Source: Eledone cirrhosa
Lineage: Eukaryota
Length of the DNA stretch: 64,000 nt
NCBI GenBank assembly: GCA_964016885.1
Contig: OZ024742.1
Coordinates: 224,936,001-225,000,000, forward strand
Direction of reading: 5' to 3'
Numbering within the stretch: position 1 is the first letter of the stretch; every line of letters starts with the position of its first letter. The notes beneath the pieces were generated by a model that was not told the origin of the DNA, did no database searches, and was given only the letters and a program-made list of their open reading frames with translations. Below are positions 40,648 through 54,577 of the stretch, one piece after another. Both the position numbers and the translations under genes were made by a program.

Positions 40648-42101
40648 ATTTATTAATGCATGGACAGTTATATGACCTCCTTTTCAGCCGAGAGACATAC
40701 CAAATAAATACATATTCAAACATTGATACATATTCAAACATTGTGGGTCAACATTCATTACAGAATTTAGAGTGGCAGTACACACTTCGAGATTACATTT
40801 ATATTAATAGGTACAATCAAAAATCAAAGATATAGGTTAAAGTACAACATGAAGATAAGTGGTTATATAGTGCAAATGTTATATGTGTGGCACGCATGTG
40901 CGTCTTGTTTATATAGTGTGGCAGAGAGATATGTGTGGTAGAGGCACTTAGGTAGGTAAATAAGAGTGTTAGGTTGGTAGATCAGGTGGCAAAATCTTTA
41001 TATGATTGATATAGTTTGTGTGTGGAGAAATATTATAAGCATTAAAGATAGTGCAAGCATTAAAAGTGTTAAAAGTGTTATAAGTATTGGAGATGCACAG
41101 CGCAGGGATGTCAAGTATTTCATGTACTTCGGCATTTTCATGGTCAGGGGAGTGTATATTTCGATTATATGCCTTTCACATAATCCACGACAATCCAGTT
41201 AGAGATCGTAGTCTGGTGTTCTTTAGTTCGATACAGGAGGTTGTTACGTTTCGAGAAACGCCATTGAATACCGGAAGTGTGTGTGTGGCTAAGGGGAGTT
41301 AATGCATGCGGGGAGGTAACTCTGGGGTTTCTATATCTAGCCATTAAAATGTGTCCCAATATAGACCCTAAATTCTATGGTGAAGTGCACCTTCCAAGAG
41401 AGACTTTTAAAGTATAAAGTGTATTAACTATAGAGTAGTTTAACTAAGTTATGCTGAAGGTGATCATATTATTATGGTGGATTAACCCAACTTAAGGTGC
41501 TACAAATGGAAATTATAGATGATGAGCGAGGATTCTAAATTAATGATCTCTGTGGTTGTAGTCTGCTCATATGACCAGGCGCGGTGACTGCAGGATTGCT
41601 TCAGGACCCAATGATCTCTGGTAAGATCTGGGTCATCGCTTGCTACATTGGATGTCGAAAGATAATCGTCCCCAGGCAGGCCAAAGGTCAATCCGCAGTC
41701 CTCGCGACCCCTCTCTGACCGTCAGATCCTCCATATACGTACAACCCGCACGGCAGTTGCATTGCATTCACTCACTGCGCTCAGCAGCCCGGTCCTACTG
41801 GTCAACAGCGCTACTCGATTAAATCATTTTACATCTGTCTAAGGAAGGTGTTTCCTCTGCCCAACACTATCCAACCGATCAATTCATGCTCAAATTACCC
41901 TTAGAGCGGTGTAGTGCCGTTCAAGTGGGTGGATGTTGTCACACCTGCCGTAGAGGTATAAATGGGTATTTTCCCTGCGAAGGGTTCCGGAGGGATGTCG
42001 TTGTTTGTGTTATAAAGGATCAGCTAGTGTTGGGTATGTAGTATAGGGTGTGTCTCTGGTGTTTGATGCTAGATGTGGTGTTAGGTTCCAGTCCGACATT
42101 G

Positions 42102-44565
42102 CTATATATAGGGCTTAAAGTTTTGGAAGGAATGTCTGAGGCGGTGCTGGCAAGTTGCAAACACCTCAGATTTTTTGTTAAGTAGGTTACGGTTGGAGAA
42201 GATAATATTGTGTGTCTCTAGTATACAGAGGTTACAGAATTTATTAGGTGGTTTGTACGAGGTCGCGCTGCCTATCACTTCCCATTTGAGTGTGTATGGT
42301 TTATTTTTAGATTTTAGATAGTGTATGTAGCTAGAAAGTGAGGTGGAGTTGGCTAGGCTGTGCTTTTTGAACGAGTGGATGTGCGAGTTATATCTGATTT
42401 TGAAGCAGTTAGAAGTGGAGCCTACATAGGTGTTTGAAGAGTTATTAGTCGTGACTGTGCATGAGTATATGACATCCTTGGTTAGGCATTTTTTATCTAA
42501 AGGGCAGGTTCTATTAGCTCTACAGTTACAATTATCCTGTGCGTTAGTCCGCTGGTTATAATGCAATGCGGAAGTCTGTGTGGTGGATATAGGATTTTGG
42601 GTGTTCGGGTTGACAACCCTGGTGTTATTACTTATACTAGTGTTATTTCTATTGTTACTGCCGTTGCTATGGTTGCTTGCTACAGTGGTATTTAGAGGGT
42701 TTGCATCCCGTTGTGATTTTGTTTGATGGAAGTAAGAACTAATTTTACTATTATTGCTGCTAGCTATGTGGTATGCTAAGTTAGGCGTCGTAGAGTATGA
42801 GATTTTAATGGTGTTTTTGTTTAAGAGGTTGTGGTACTTGTGTCCTAGAGGGAAGTTTTTATCTAGTAGTGAGAAGAAAGCCCTAGGTATGTTGGTGGAG
42901 ACATTTAGGTTGAAAGGAGGGTTGAAAAATGTATTATTTCTTCTTCTATTTTTGCTTTTAGTGTTTGGTGTGTTGCCTCCTCCTAAGGCCCCACAGTAGT
43001 TTCCATGGTAATGGTTACTTCCGGTGGCACCCTCCGCTTTGGTGTACTTGTGGTTGCTATTCCTATTATTAGATTTCCTCATGGACATGTTGTGCGAGAT
43101 GATGTTGTAGCTATGTGTTTTCTTAGGTAGGAACTCAATTTCTATATTATGGCCGGAGCTAGCTAATGCTTGATTGTAATATTGTGAGTTTTTGCTAAAT
43201 ATGTTTGCGTCATAGGACAGACTAGAGATTCTATTGGACACCCCCTTAGAGATAGAGTTTAATATTGATCTAGGGTGATTAGACTTGGTATCTACGTAAA
43301 TAAGTTTCTCATTAGGCTTATGGAAAGGTGTATATATTTTTGAGTCTAGGTATAGTGTGGCGTCTAGGAAGTTAACATTTTTAGTGTTTTTGTCCATGGT
43401 GATACTAAGGTTAAAGTTTTTGAATGTCTTATGCAGTTGTTTTCTAGTTCTTTCTATATTAAATTTTTTATATTCTATGAGTAGAAGTGCATCATCGCGG
43501 TACAAACCACCGTTGAGGTAAGGGAGGTCTTTATGGATTTCATTGAGGAGGTATAGGCCGACCAAATCAGTGACCTGCGCCGAGTCACTAGATCCCATGG
43601 TTATGTCGAAGTTGTTGTGCGTATCCTTGCGTGTCCATAGTTGGTCCTCGAAGGTGATTATGGTTTTACGGGCCGCAAGGATGACATCAACCTGGGCTCT
43701 AGTCAGGTCGCTATTGGTCATGGCCATGATAAGTGCCTTATTTAATAGGATAGGGGAAATAGAGGTGTAGTATGAATTGATATCAAATTGAATAAATTTT
43801 TTGTTCTTATTATTCTTGATATCCTTGAACCATTCAATTACTTCACCCGTATTTCCCCATTGTTTAAGGTGTATCTTGTGTTTAATTTGTGGGATGATTT
43901 TATCCAAAATCTTCTTGCTGATAATACCAATGTCGGACTTGGAAGGGCAGATAAGTCTTATCGTGGGGTTGCTGATGAAGTTCTCCTTATGGTCCTTCAG
44001 AGAGAATCTAGGGGGGTTCGGAGTGAAAGGTTGTGTATGCCTCTGTAGTCCTAGTTTAGACACTATATTATAACCCTCTACATTAATATCTTCTAAGTTT
44101 TTCAAGGTGGTTTTTTTGTAGCTTTTATGTAGTTCATTATATATAAACTTTCTATAAGTAATATAATCTAGGCTGTATATGTTATTAGTTTTATCTGCGT
44201 GTACAATAATTTTATTACTAGTTTTGAATCCATTAATAGAAGTGTTAAGTTTGTTTAAGAAGGTGTTGCTTCTAATATGGTGCTTATTGTATTTAATGTT
44301 CTTAACTAGTTTAACTAGGTCATTTTCAAAGGAGTTAAGTAGAGTGTTATGAGGGGGGGGGGCTTTTAAAGGTTTTAAAGCCGAAGGAGTCAAAATTGTT
44401 AGTATTATTCAAGTTGTTAGATTTGTTTCTATCATAATGGAATGTCCTCCATCTCACTCTATTGATAAATGAATTTACACTGTTGATCAGCAATTTCTCA
44501 TATGTATTCCTGGATGGCATTGGTATGTTCTTGGTTGACATGGGGAGTTGGTCTTTGATTAGCAT
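42102..44565 (-). CDS. PLE polyprotein: RT + C-terminal GIY-YIG endonuclease; frameshift at the G-run near 44353-44362
   Basis: STKNIPMPS...RVRWR...FGFKT; HADKTNNIY; FIQFDINSYYTSI; TMGSSDSAQVTDLVG; YRDD; VNFLDATL; FNPPF; CNC...CPL...CL; VIY...YVG; RYNSH; CNLCILE; LLNKKSE...CQH. Confidence 0.93.
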
Positions 44566-44814
44566 ATTGGCAATATTATATGTCAGCTCAACGATATGGA
44601 GCAGTTAATAGTATTAGTTATACTATTTATGGTTATGCAAGTACAAAACCTTAAGCAGTTGTAAGTATTTTACACACACCCTAAATAGTGGTAGGCAGTA
44701 ATGTATTACTACCTTATTACCAGTAAGTTAAGTAGCTCAATGTAAAAACATCAGACGATTTACAGAGCAGTTATATGAAATATAAGAATCAAAGAACTGC
44801 TCAAAACATTATTG

Positions 44815-44861
44815 TGCTTACAGCTGTTTCCTCCAAACCGAGGTTTGGATTCTTCGGAGCA
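44815..44861 (-). ncRNA. Hammerhead ribozyme motif in PLE pseudo-LTR 2
   Basis: Identical to 40601-40647, 4214 bp away. Confidence 0.75.
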
Positions 44862-46384
44862 ATTTATTAATGCATGGACAGTTATATGACCTCCTTTTCA
44901 GCCGAGAGACATACCAAACAAATACATATTCAAACATTGATACATATTCAAACATTGTGGGTCAACATTCATTACAGAATTTAGAGTGGCAGTACACACT
45001 TCGAGATTACATTTATATTAATAGGTACAATCAAAAATCAAAGATATAGGTTAAAGTACAACATGAAGATAAGTGGTTATATAGTGCAAATGTTATATGT
45101 GTGGCACGCATGTGCGTCTTGTTTATATAGTGTGGCAGAGAGATATGTGTGGTAGAGGCACTTAGGTAGGTAAATAAGAGTGTTAGGTTGGTAGATCAGG
45201 TGGCAAAATCTTTATATGATTGATATAGTTTGTGTGTGGAGAAATATTATAAGCATTAAAGATAGTGCAAGCATTAAAAGTGTTAAAAGTGTTATAAGTA
45301 TTGGAGATGCACAGCGCAGGGATGTCAAGTATTTCATGTACTTCGGCATTTTCATGGTCAGGGGAGTGTATATTTCGATTATATGCCTTTCACATAATCC
45401 ACGACAATCCAGTTAGAGATCGTAGTCTGGTGTTTTTTAGTTCGATACAGGAGGTTGTTACGTTTCGAGAAACGCCATTGAATACCGGAAGTGTGTGTGT
45501 GGCTAAGGGGAGTTAATGCATGCGGGGAGGTAACTCTGGGGTTTCTATATCTAGCCATTAAAATGTGTCCCAATATAGACCCTAAATTCTATGGTGAAGT
45601 GCACCTTCCAAGAGAGACTTTTAAAGTATAAAGTGTATTAACTATAGAGTAGTTTAACTAAGTTATGCTGAAGGTGATCATATTATTATGGTGGATTAAC
45701 CCAACTTAAGGTGCTACAAATGGAAATTATAGATGATGAGCGAGGATTCTAAATTAATGATCTCTGTGGTTGTAGTCTGCTCATATGACCAGGCGCGGTG
45801 ACTGCAGGATTGCTTCAGGACCCAATGATCTCTGGTAAGATCTGGGTCATCGCTTGCTACATTGGATGTCGAAAGATAATCGTCCCCAGACAGGCCAAAG
45901 GTCAATCCGCAGTCCTCGCGACCCCTCTCTGACCGTCAGATCCTCCATATACGTACAACCCGCACGGCAGTTGCATTGCATTCACTCACTGCGCTCAGCA
46001 GCCCGGTCCTACTGGTCAACAGCGCTACTCGATTAAATCATTTTACATCTGTCTAAGGAAGGTGTTTCCTCTGCCCGTATTGCATTATAACCAGCGGACT
46101 AACGCACAGGATAATTGTAACTGTAGAGCTAATAGAACCTGGGCAGAGGAAACACCTCGGTTTGGAGGAAACAGCTGTAAGCACAATAATGTTTTGAGCA
46201 GTTCTTTGATTCTTATATTTCATATAACTGCTCTGTAAATCATCTGATGTTTTTACATTGAGCTACTTAACTTACTGGTAATAAGGTAGTAATACATTAC
46301 TGCCTACCACTATTTAGGGTGTGTGTAAAATACTTACAACTGCTTAAGGTTTTGTATTTGCATAACCATAAATAGTATAACTAA

Positions 46385-46433
<49 letters not shown>

Positions 46434-46438
<5 letters not shown>

Positions 46439-47110
46439 CTTCGCTCACTTATTCCTGTGAGGGTCATCGGTGCATAATCCTCATGCATGCTTTCCTGTGA
46501 TGCTTTTCGTGAGCAACTGTCTCATATTGATCCATCCGGCTGGATCCCCAAGCGATACAAGCAGAGCTCATGTATATTATCCAACCATCTTGCTTGGGGT
46601 CTCTCCTGGCCGCTCGTGCCGATTGGTTTTGCTCGTAAAATGACCCCTTTTTTTAGACATTCTAACCATATAACCATAATATCGGAGCTGTGATCTCTCA
46701 ATTCAGAGAAGCAGTAGCTCTCCATGGAAAGACTCTCTGATCTCCGAGCTGCGCACTCTATCGAGTAAGGTTTCTGCAATGAACCTTCTGTCAATACCCA
46801 AGACCATAGGTAAGAATTGGCACGAATATCAAATTGAAGATAGCGAGTTTGGCTTTTACACCTACCTCCCTTCTTTTGGCGACCAAATGCTGAAGCTAGC
46901 GCATTACTGTACCAGCTCCTGCAATTGTTGCATTTAATTCAGCTTCCTGCCTTCCATCACTCATGAACACGGCTCAAAAATACTTGAACTTCTCCACCTC
47001 CTTCAGTGAATCTATGTAGGCTTCCTTGACATGATGAATGTCTCAGTCGTTGCAGCACTAATTTTAATTCCCGCTATGAAACACTCGGTAACAAACCTAT
47101 CCAGTGAATA
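46434..47110 (-). pseudogene. Degraded RTE-clade LINE 3' fragment
   Basis: Frames read EVEKFKYF...DGRQEAELNATIAGA, KAKLAIFNLIFVPILTYG and ERPQARWLDNIHEL, with stops. Confidence 0.7.
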
Positions 47111-47486
47111 TATCTGATATATAGGAATGGAAAGTCGCAGAAAAGTTGTTTTCTGAAATCTGAAAAGATTAAGGGTGATTAAAAACATGTAAGGTGTGAT
47201 AAGTAAGATTCTGGCTGATAGAATGAAGAACTGAAGGAAAGCGAAAGAGTGAAAATGAACAGATGACAACTTCATATATATTTATACAGAGTTACGTATA
47301 TATGGGTGTTCTGAGAATAAAAATGACATATGTCTACCTATCTATTTGTCTGTCTATCTGTCTGTCTATTTGTCTTTCTACCTAGCCATCTCCTTGCCTG
47401 CCTGATTACGGGCCTTGTCTGCCTATCTATCTATTTATCTATCTACCTATCTATCTATCTAACTATCTATCTCTATATCTATCTAC

Positions 47487-47581
47487 ATTTGTGTTAATAT
47501 TTTACACGTTTTTATTGTATGTAAACTTCCCCCTTTGTATTTGTCCCCTTCTTTTGTGCTCCTGTGGCTAATAAAGAAACA
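47487..47581 (+). mobile_element. 95-bp 3' tip of the Tx1-like family with 23-bp TSD
   Basis: TATGTAAACTTCCCCCTTTGTATTTGTCCCC...AATAAAGAAA matches the reverse complement of 30918-30980. TATCTATCTCTATATCTATCTAC at 47464-47486 and 47582-47604. Confidence 0.85.
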
Positions 47582-47894
47582 TATCTATCTCTATATCTAT
47601 CTACCTACCTCACGGTCCGTCTGCTTCACTATCTATAGCTAACAATTAATATGCAACATCAACAATAACAGAGCACCAATCCTAGCAGTCTTTGGATAGA
47701 TAGACAGAGATATAGATCGATAGATCGATCAATAAATAGATAGATACAATACATACATACATGCATACATACATACATACATGCATACATACATACATAC
47801 ATACATACATACATACATACATACATACATACATACATACATACATACATACACACACACATACATACATACATACACACATACTTATATACAT

Positions 47895-48445
47895 ACTTGG
47901 TGGCTGCCAACTCGTTTTCGAGTACGGCCACTACTTTATATCCATGTAGGAGAACCCCTACCGATGCGCTGAACAAGTGTGACTTTTTAGTCCAGCCAGC
48001 AACTTGAAAACTCTGGTACAAACACTACACTTGTGACAATTATTGACACATAATGCTGGGCCCATGGTACCATGTGACGACAAGTGCAGATAGATCTCCA
48101 TATATAAAGCAATGCCTGTGCCGTGAAGCTTTTATAGTGAGCAAAGGCACTGCACAAAGCCAGTCCCACTCTCTTAACCAAGATGATATTTACCAAAAAG
48201 AAGAACAAGTCAACATCATTGGATACCATCAGGGTTGCAGGTGTTATATCAGAGTTTTCCTTCTCCTAGAATTCTGCCCTGATAAAGACTAAGGGGTCAT
48301 CTCTCCCGGTGATTTTGGATGGCCATTGACTCTTAAGAGCTCCTTTGCCCTTTGACAGGTTTTGTTTTTAGTCCTGCAGGATGTCCAAAGTCACCCTCCT
48401 CACCAAGAAACCTTGGTGGGGTTGCCAGTTTAGTTGCCAACCGCC
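47895..48445 (-). mobile_element. Non-autonomous RTE derivative (5'UTR joined to 3' tail)
   Basis: 48105-48320 resembles RTE 5' region 52300-52525; 47899-47930 resembles the 3' hairpin at 48468-48500; (CATA)n tail. Confidence 0.65.
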
Positions 48446-48464
48446 CCACCATACATACATACAT

Positions 48465-51400
48465 ACATGATGGCTGCCCACTCGTTATCGAGTATGGCCA
48501 TTGCACGAGAAGAAAAAAAAAATAATAATAATAATAAATAAATAATAATAAAATAAAAATAAAATAAAAATTTAAAAAAAATTTTTTTTTTTAAAGAAAA
48601 AAAAAATATATATATATATACATACACATATACACACGCACACTCACACACACATACATTAATAACAATAATAATAATAATAATAATAACAACAATAATA
48701 ATAACGACAACAACAATAATAATATACATATACATATATATATACACACACACGCACACACATAAGCATATCTACACACACACACACACGATAGCAACTA
48801 ACAGCGCTGCGATCGAATATGGCTTTTTAGCCCAGCCAATGATCTAAAATGTCTTGCACAGAGTCGGCAACCAAAACATTCACTGGGAATAGTGGGCTGT
48901 GGTTGGAGTTCGTGTACTTTTGCATGTCGCTTGAGCCCTCCTGCTGATTTACATTCTCTACCACATGTTTGGCAAGCATAATGAGTAGCATCTCCAACAG
49001 CAGCCTGGTAGTCAACCACTGGTCTTACTTTATGACTGCGAAGATGACTTTCTAGTCCAGCTTTGCTTAGGCAGAGTCTCGTACATACGCTGCATGTCAG
49101 CACCATAGGAGGACCCTCGCCGTCTGGAAGTGCAACAGCAATGCCCTTCCTCACATCCCGCTTTACTTTCTCGTATGCGATTCGAGATGCCTCAAAGGCA
49201 ACTTTTCCCTCATATACAGTCTTTCTCCATTTATTACGATCAGCAGCAATATTCTCCCATGTATCAGCAGAGATGTTAGCGTCTTTCAGAGAGGCTTTCA
49301 AGGAATCCTTATACCTCTTTTTTGGTTTATGTGGCGGTCGTTTTCCTTTAACCAACTCTCCATAAAAGAGTTGTTTTGATATTCTAGAATCCTTCATCCT
49401 GGCAAGGTGACCACTCCAACGGAGTCGTTGCTTAAGCACAAGAGCTTCTATACTGTCACACATAGAGCTTTCCAAAATCTCGACATCACTGATGTGGTCC
49501 CTCCAGTGAACGCCATGGATCCGTCTGAGACACATCTGATGGAAACGCTCCAATTGCCTAAGGTGGTGTCGATATGTGACCCAGGTCTCGCAGGCATAAA
49601 GAAGACAAGAGAGCACACATGCCCTGTACACCTTTACCTTTGTCCTCCTGCATATGTCTCGCCGACCCCAGAGTCGCCTTTCTAGCTTTCCGAAAGCATC
49701 ACTTTCTTTCCCAATCCTAAGTGAGATTTCACTGTCAAGGTTGCTGTATCGATTGACAGTGCTTCCCAGGTAGACAAACTGATCAACCACTCCAAGTCGT
49801 TTGCCATACACATAGATGTTTGGTTCAGTGTACTGCTTACCAGGGGCAAGTTGGTACATGACGACGGTTTTCTTGAGACTGACAGTCAGACCTAGGGCAG
49901 TGCAAGCGTCAGAAAATGCATTCAAAATGTGCTGCATATCACTCTCTGTGTGCGCTACAAGATCGCGATCATCTGCATACAAGAGGTCTCTTATGATTGA
50001 TGTAAATACTTTTGTCTTCGCAGCAAAGCGCCTGATGTTAAATATGCTGCCTGAGGTTAGATATCGGATGTAAACACCATGCTCGCAATTCCTGAAATAC
50101 AGAAAACCATTGCAAAGTATATGGCAAACAGGGTTGGTGCTGGAATATCCCCCTGTTTCCCTCCATTTTTTACTGACATGTTACCCCCGACATTAACCCA
50201 AGCCTTCATGTCGTCATGGAAAGACCTAACTAAAGCAAGGAACTTATCAGGGCAACCAAGTTTCTGGAGAACCTTCCATAATGCATCTCTGTTAACAGTA
50301 TCGAAAGCTTTTGTCAGATCAAAAACCTGATACAGATCCAAGCCTTGTTCCATGCACTTCTCCTGGAGCTGTCTAGCTGAGAAGATCATATCAGTAGTGC
50401 CGCGTCCAGCACGAAAACCAGATTGACTTTCAGGAAGAACACAATCTGCAATGTGTGTCAGCAGACGGTCCAGAAGCACCCTACATAAAACTTTCCCTAC
50501 GACAGAAAGCAATGATATACCTCTGTAGTTCCCACAATCGTTCCTGTTACCCTTTCCCTTGTACAAGACCACCATTACTGCATCTCTCCAGTCCTCAGGT
50601 ACGGATTCATTAGCCTATATCCTGCCAAACAAAGAGTGAAGATGTTGCAGGAGTCTCTCACCACCATATTGTAGGAGCTCAGCATGTATGCCATCCATAC
50701 CTGGAGATCTTCCACTGTTCAGCTTCGAAATAGCCACCTTCGTAGAATTCCTTGTGAGTCACGAAGAAGTTCTTTGCCATCCCTGCTGCGAAGCGGTGTC
50801 ACCAGAGAAGAAGACAGTCCATAAACCTCACACAAGAGACTGTACAACAGCTTTGTGTTATTGGAATCAGACGCAGTTTGTATCTCACCAGCCTTCTCAC
50901 TCCACCACTGATCCTTCATCTGAGAAAGACTCCGCCTAACACGTGATTTTACATCCCTGAGTTCCTCATGCAACGTATTCCTCTCCTGTGGTTTTGCCGT
51001 CAAGTAGCGTGACAGAGCACGCCTCTTATCAGCCAACAAGTCTTCTATATGTACATCATTCTCATCAAACCAGTCCTGATGTTTCCTCTGCGCCAATCCC
51101 AGAACGCGCCTGCCTACATCATAAACCGACTTTTTAAGGGTCGGCCAATCCTCACCAAGATCTGCAGCCTGCATCTCTTCTTCCAATGTCCTCTTCACAT
51201 TTTTATCCTTAAGACGGGCAGCATTCAATCTTTTGGGCAGGGCAACACCAGGAGCCCGGATTTTACGTTTAGTGATTAGTTTCACTTTTGCGCGTACCAG
51301 GCGGTGGTCCGTCCAGCACTCAGCTCCACGAAGAACACGAACACACTGCACATCCTGTCTGTCACGCATCCTGACTAGGACGTAGTCCAAAAGATGCCAT

Positions 51401-52230
51401 TCCTTAGATGCAGGATGCATCCATGTGGTCTTGAATTTGTTCTTTTGTTGGAACATGGTGTTGGTAACACACAGATCCAGCTCCTCACACATCTGCAGCA
51501 GGAGCATACCATTGCTGTTACACTTTCCCACCCCATGCCTTCCGATTACATTCCATGTGTTAAAATCCCTACCCACTCTAGCATTAAAGTCACCAAGCAC
51601 GATGACTTTGTCTGCCTGAGGGATATTTCTTAAAACACCTTTCAAGGCATGGTAAAAGGGCACCTTTTCCTCATCGACAGAACTCATATTTGGAGCATAC
51701 ACACTCACCAGGGTAGCATATCTTCCCTTGTCCAGCGGAACTCTCATGGACATAAGACGCTCACTAATCCCTACTGGGAATTCTTCTAATTTGTTCACAA
51801 GCACAGTCTTAACAGCAAATCCTACCGCAGCCTCTCTTCTGGTTCCTTCATCTCTTCCTTTCCAGAAGAATGTATATTCTCCACAAAATTCCGTAAGATG
51901 ACCATCTCCAGCTAGCCTCGTCTCAGATAAAGCCACGATGTCAAGATCGTAACGTCGAAGCTCCTTTGCAACAAGAGCGGTCCTTCGTTCAGGACACCCC
52001 AAGGAATCCCTGTCAAGCAGCGTCCGTACGTTCCAGCAGCCAAGACTAAATGCCTTGTTTGGCTCTATTACAATGGCACGATGACGAGCGGGCCCAGGCT
52101 GTGATAACCTGGGGCCCCTGCCCTTATTGCCAATGATCTTTTTTGTTCCAGAACCTAAATTGCCAATTATCTCTTTTATATTGTTCTGGAACATCATTGA
52201 ATTGGAAAAAAAAAAAAAAAAGTAATAATA

Positions 52231-52269
<39 letters not shown>

Positions 52270-52575
52270 GTACACTATCAACAATTATTAATGCACTCGT
52301 GCAATGCCTGTGCGTGACGAATATTTTTAAAGTGAGGAAAGACTGTGCACTGAGCCAATCCCACTCTCTGAGCGACAGTAGCTATAACCCGAAAAGAAGA
52401 AAAGATCAACATCATCGGTAACTACTGAGCCGCAGGTTTTATGTCGGAGTTAACCCAGTTTCCTGAGATGCCTTCTCCTAGAAGAATGCCCTGACAAGGG
52501 TTAGGGGTTCTTCACTCCCAGTGGTTTAACTGCGCGATCGGGCATCCAGCCCGATTATTTCTATGTCCCCGCACA
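48465..52575 (-). mobile_element. RTE (BovB-like) LINE, near full length but disrupted
   Basis: APE motifs CWNVRTL, ALSETRL, LGDFNARVG and TDHRLV; RT motifs NYRGISLLS, DLTKAFDTV, KQG and LYADD; three C-terminal C2H2-like fingers. Frameshifts, a stop and an internal deletion near 50735; microsatellites inserted in both UTRs. Confidence 0.88.
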
Positions 52576-52699
52576 AAAAAAAAAAAAAAAATATACATAC
52601 ATACATACATACATACATACATACATACATACATACATACATACATAGGTATATAAGTAGAGCACAGTTATCGTAATTTGGTGGATATATGTTATATAT

Positions 52700-52918
52700 T
52701 AGTTTCTTATATAGGCACAAGGTCAGCAATTCGGGGGTGGGGGGTGGGGGGCATTAAATCGAGCCCAGTGCGTGACTGGTACTTTATTTTATCGACCCCT
52801 GTAAGGATGAAACGCAAAGTTGACCTCGGCGGTATTTGAATTCAGATCATAAAGGGCCGTATCTCTATGCTGCAAATCATGGCGACCGACCCTCTACCAA
52901 TACTGCCAATGTACCGCC
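52700..52918 (-). mobile_element. SINE family A, full length
   Basis: Reverse complement of the 2776-2968 unit. Confidence 0.8.
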
Positions 52919-53046
52919 CTATATATAGTGATTACAGAAAATATGGAAGAAAAATACCAATGAAGGCTGGAAGATCATTGTAGAAGGAGTAAATTTATTC
53001 ATATGTAACCCTTTTGCAACCACGCAGTACGCCATGTTTTCATATT

Positions 53047-53125
<79 letters not shown>

Positions 53126-53291
53126 CATATATGTACATATATATATTTATTTATACATACACATATATATATTTATACACACTCTCACACATATATATAC
53201 ATACATGCATGTATGTGTATATATACATACATGCATGTATGTGTATATATATATACATATATATATAGAGATATATATATACATACATATG

Positions 53292-53387
<96 letters not shown>

Positions 53388-53635
53388 AGTATGCATGTAT
53401 ACGTACATACATATATGTATACAGACGTAGAGTAGCATGCACATATATATATATATATATATATACATATATACATACATAAGCATACAGGTACACATAC
53501 ATATATGCACGTATCAGTTTAGCGGCGCTTATTATAACGTCGCTTTGTTCGTTTGTAAACAAACTGAACAGCCTTAATTTATGCCATACGGTGTTAAGGC
53601 AACCACGTCACATTTTTGTTCAACACTGACACAGG

Positions 53636-53680
53636 AACGATGTACTAGTTTCAAGCTTGTTAGCTATCATCAGCACCGTT
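53636..53680 (-). ncRNA. Type I hammerhead ribozyme, tandem copy 1
   Basis: AACGGTG-CTGATGA-TAGCT-AACA-AGCTT-GAAA-CTAG-TA-CATCGTT. Confidence 0.85.
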
Positions 53681-54106
53681 TACCCATCTGCCAGATAGTT
53701 GAACGTTCGAAAGTATATACTTTCCTTATGAAAATTAAGGCTGAGCAGCCTAATTTGCATATTGAGTGAGTTAAATCGGTCAGGCATACCGAAAACGATA
53801 AATTGAAACAAAATGAAAACGAAATTTCATTTCTCACTCTTAGTATGGCACTTACTTAAATGTAAGTATGCATGTATACGTACATACATATATGTATACA
53901 CACGTACAGTAGCATGCACATATATATATATATATACATATATACATACATATGCATACAGGTACACATACATATATGCACGTATCAGTTTAGCGGCGCT
54001 TATTATAACGTCGCTTTGTTCGTTTGTAAACAAACTGAACAGCCTTAATTTATGCCATACGGTGTTAAGGCAACCACGTCACCTTTTTGTTCAACACTGA
54101 CACAGG

Positions 54107-54151
54107 AACGATGTACTAGTTTCAAGCTTGTTAGCTATCATCAGCACCGTT
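54107..54151 (-). ncRNA. Type I hammerhead ribozyme, tandem copy 2
   Basis: Identical to copy 1, +471 bp. Confidence 0.85.
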
Positions 54152-54577
54152 TACCCATCTGCCAGATAGTTGAACGTTCGAAAGTATATACTTTCCTTAT
54201 GAAAATTAAGGCTGAGCAGCCTAATTTGCATATTGAGTGAGTTAAATCGGTCAGGCATACCGAAAACGATAAATTGAAACAAAATGAAAACGAAATTTCA
54301 TTTCTCACTCTTAGTATGGCACTTACTTAAATGTAAGTATGCATGTATACGTACATACATATATGTATACACACGTACAGTAGCATGCACATATATATAT
54401 ATATATACATATATACATACATATGCATACAGGTACACATACATATATGCACGTATCAGTTTAGCGGCGCTTATTATAACGTCGCTTTGTTCGTTTGTAA
54501 ACAAACTGAACAGCCTTAATTTATGCCATACGGTGTTAAGGCAACCACGTCACCTTTTTGTTCAACACTGACACAGG

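Noticed and set aside
41002-42100. Second ORF in the PLE 3' region
   Set aside because: Only ORFs of about 70 aa or less, without motifs; their duplication just reflects the pseudo-LTR.
52440-52575. HDV-like ribozyme at the RTE 5' end
   Set aside because: Known for some RTEs, but I could not build the nested double pseudoknot by eye.
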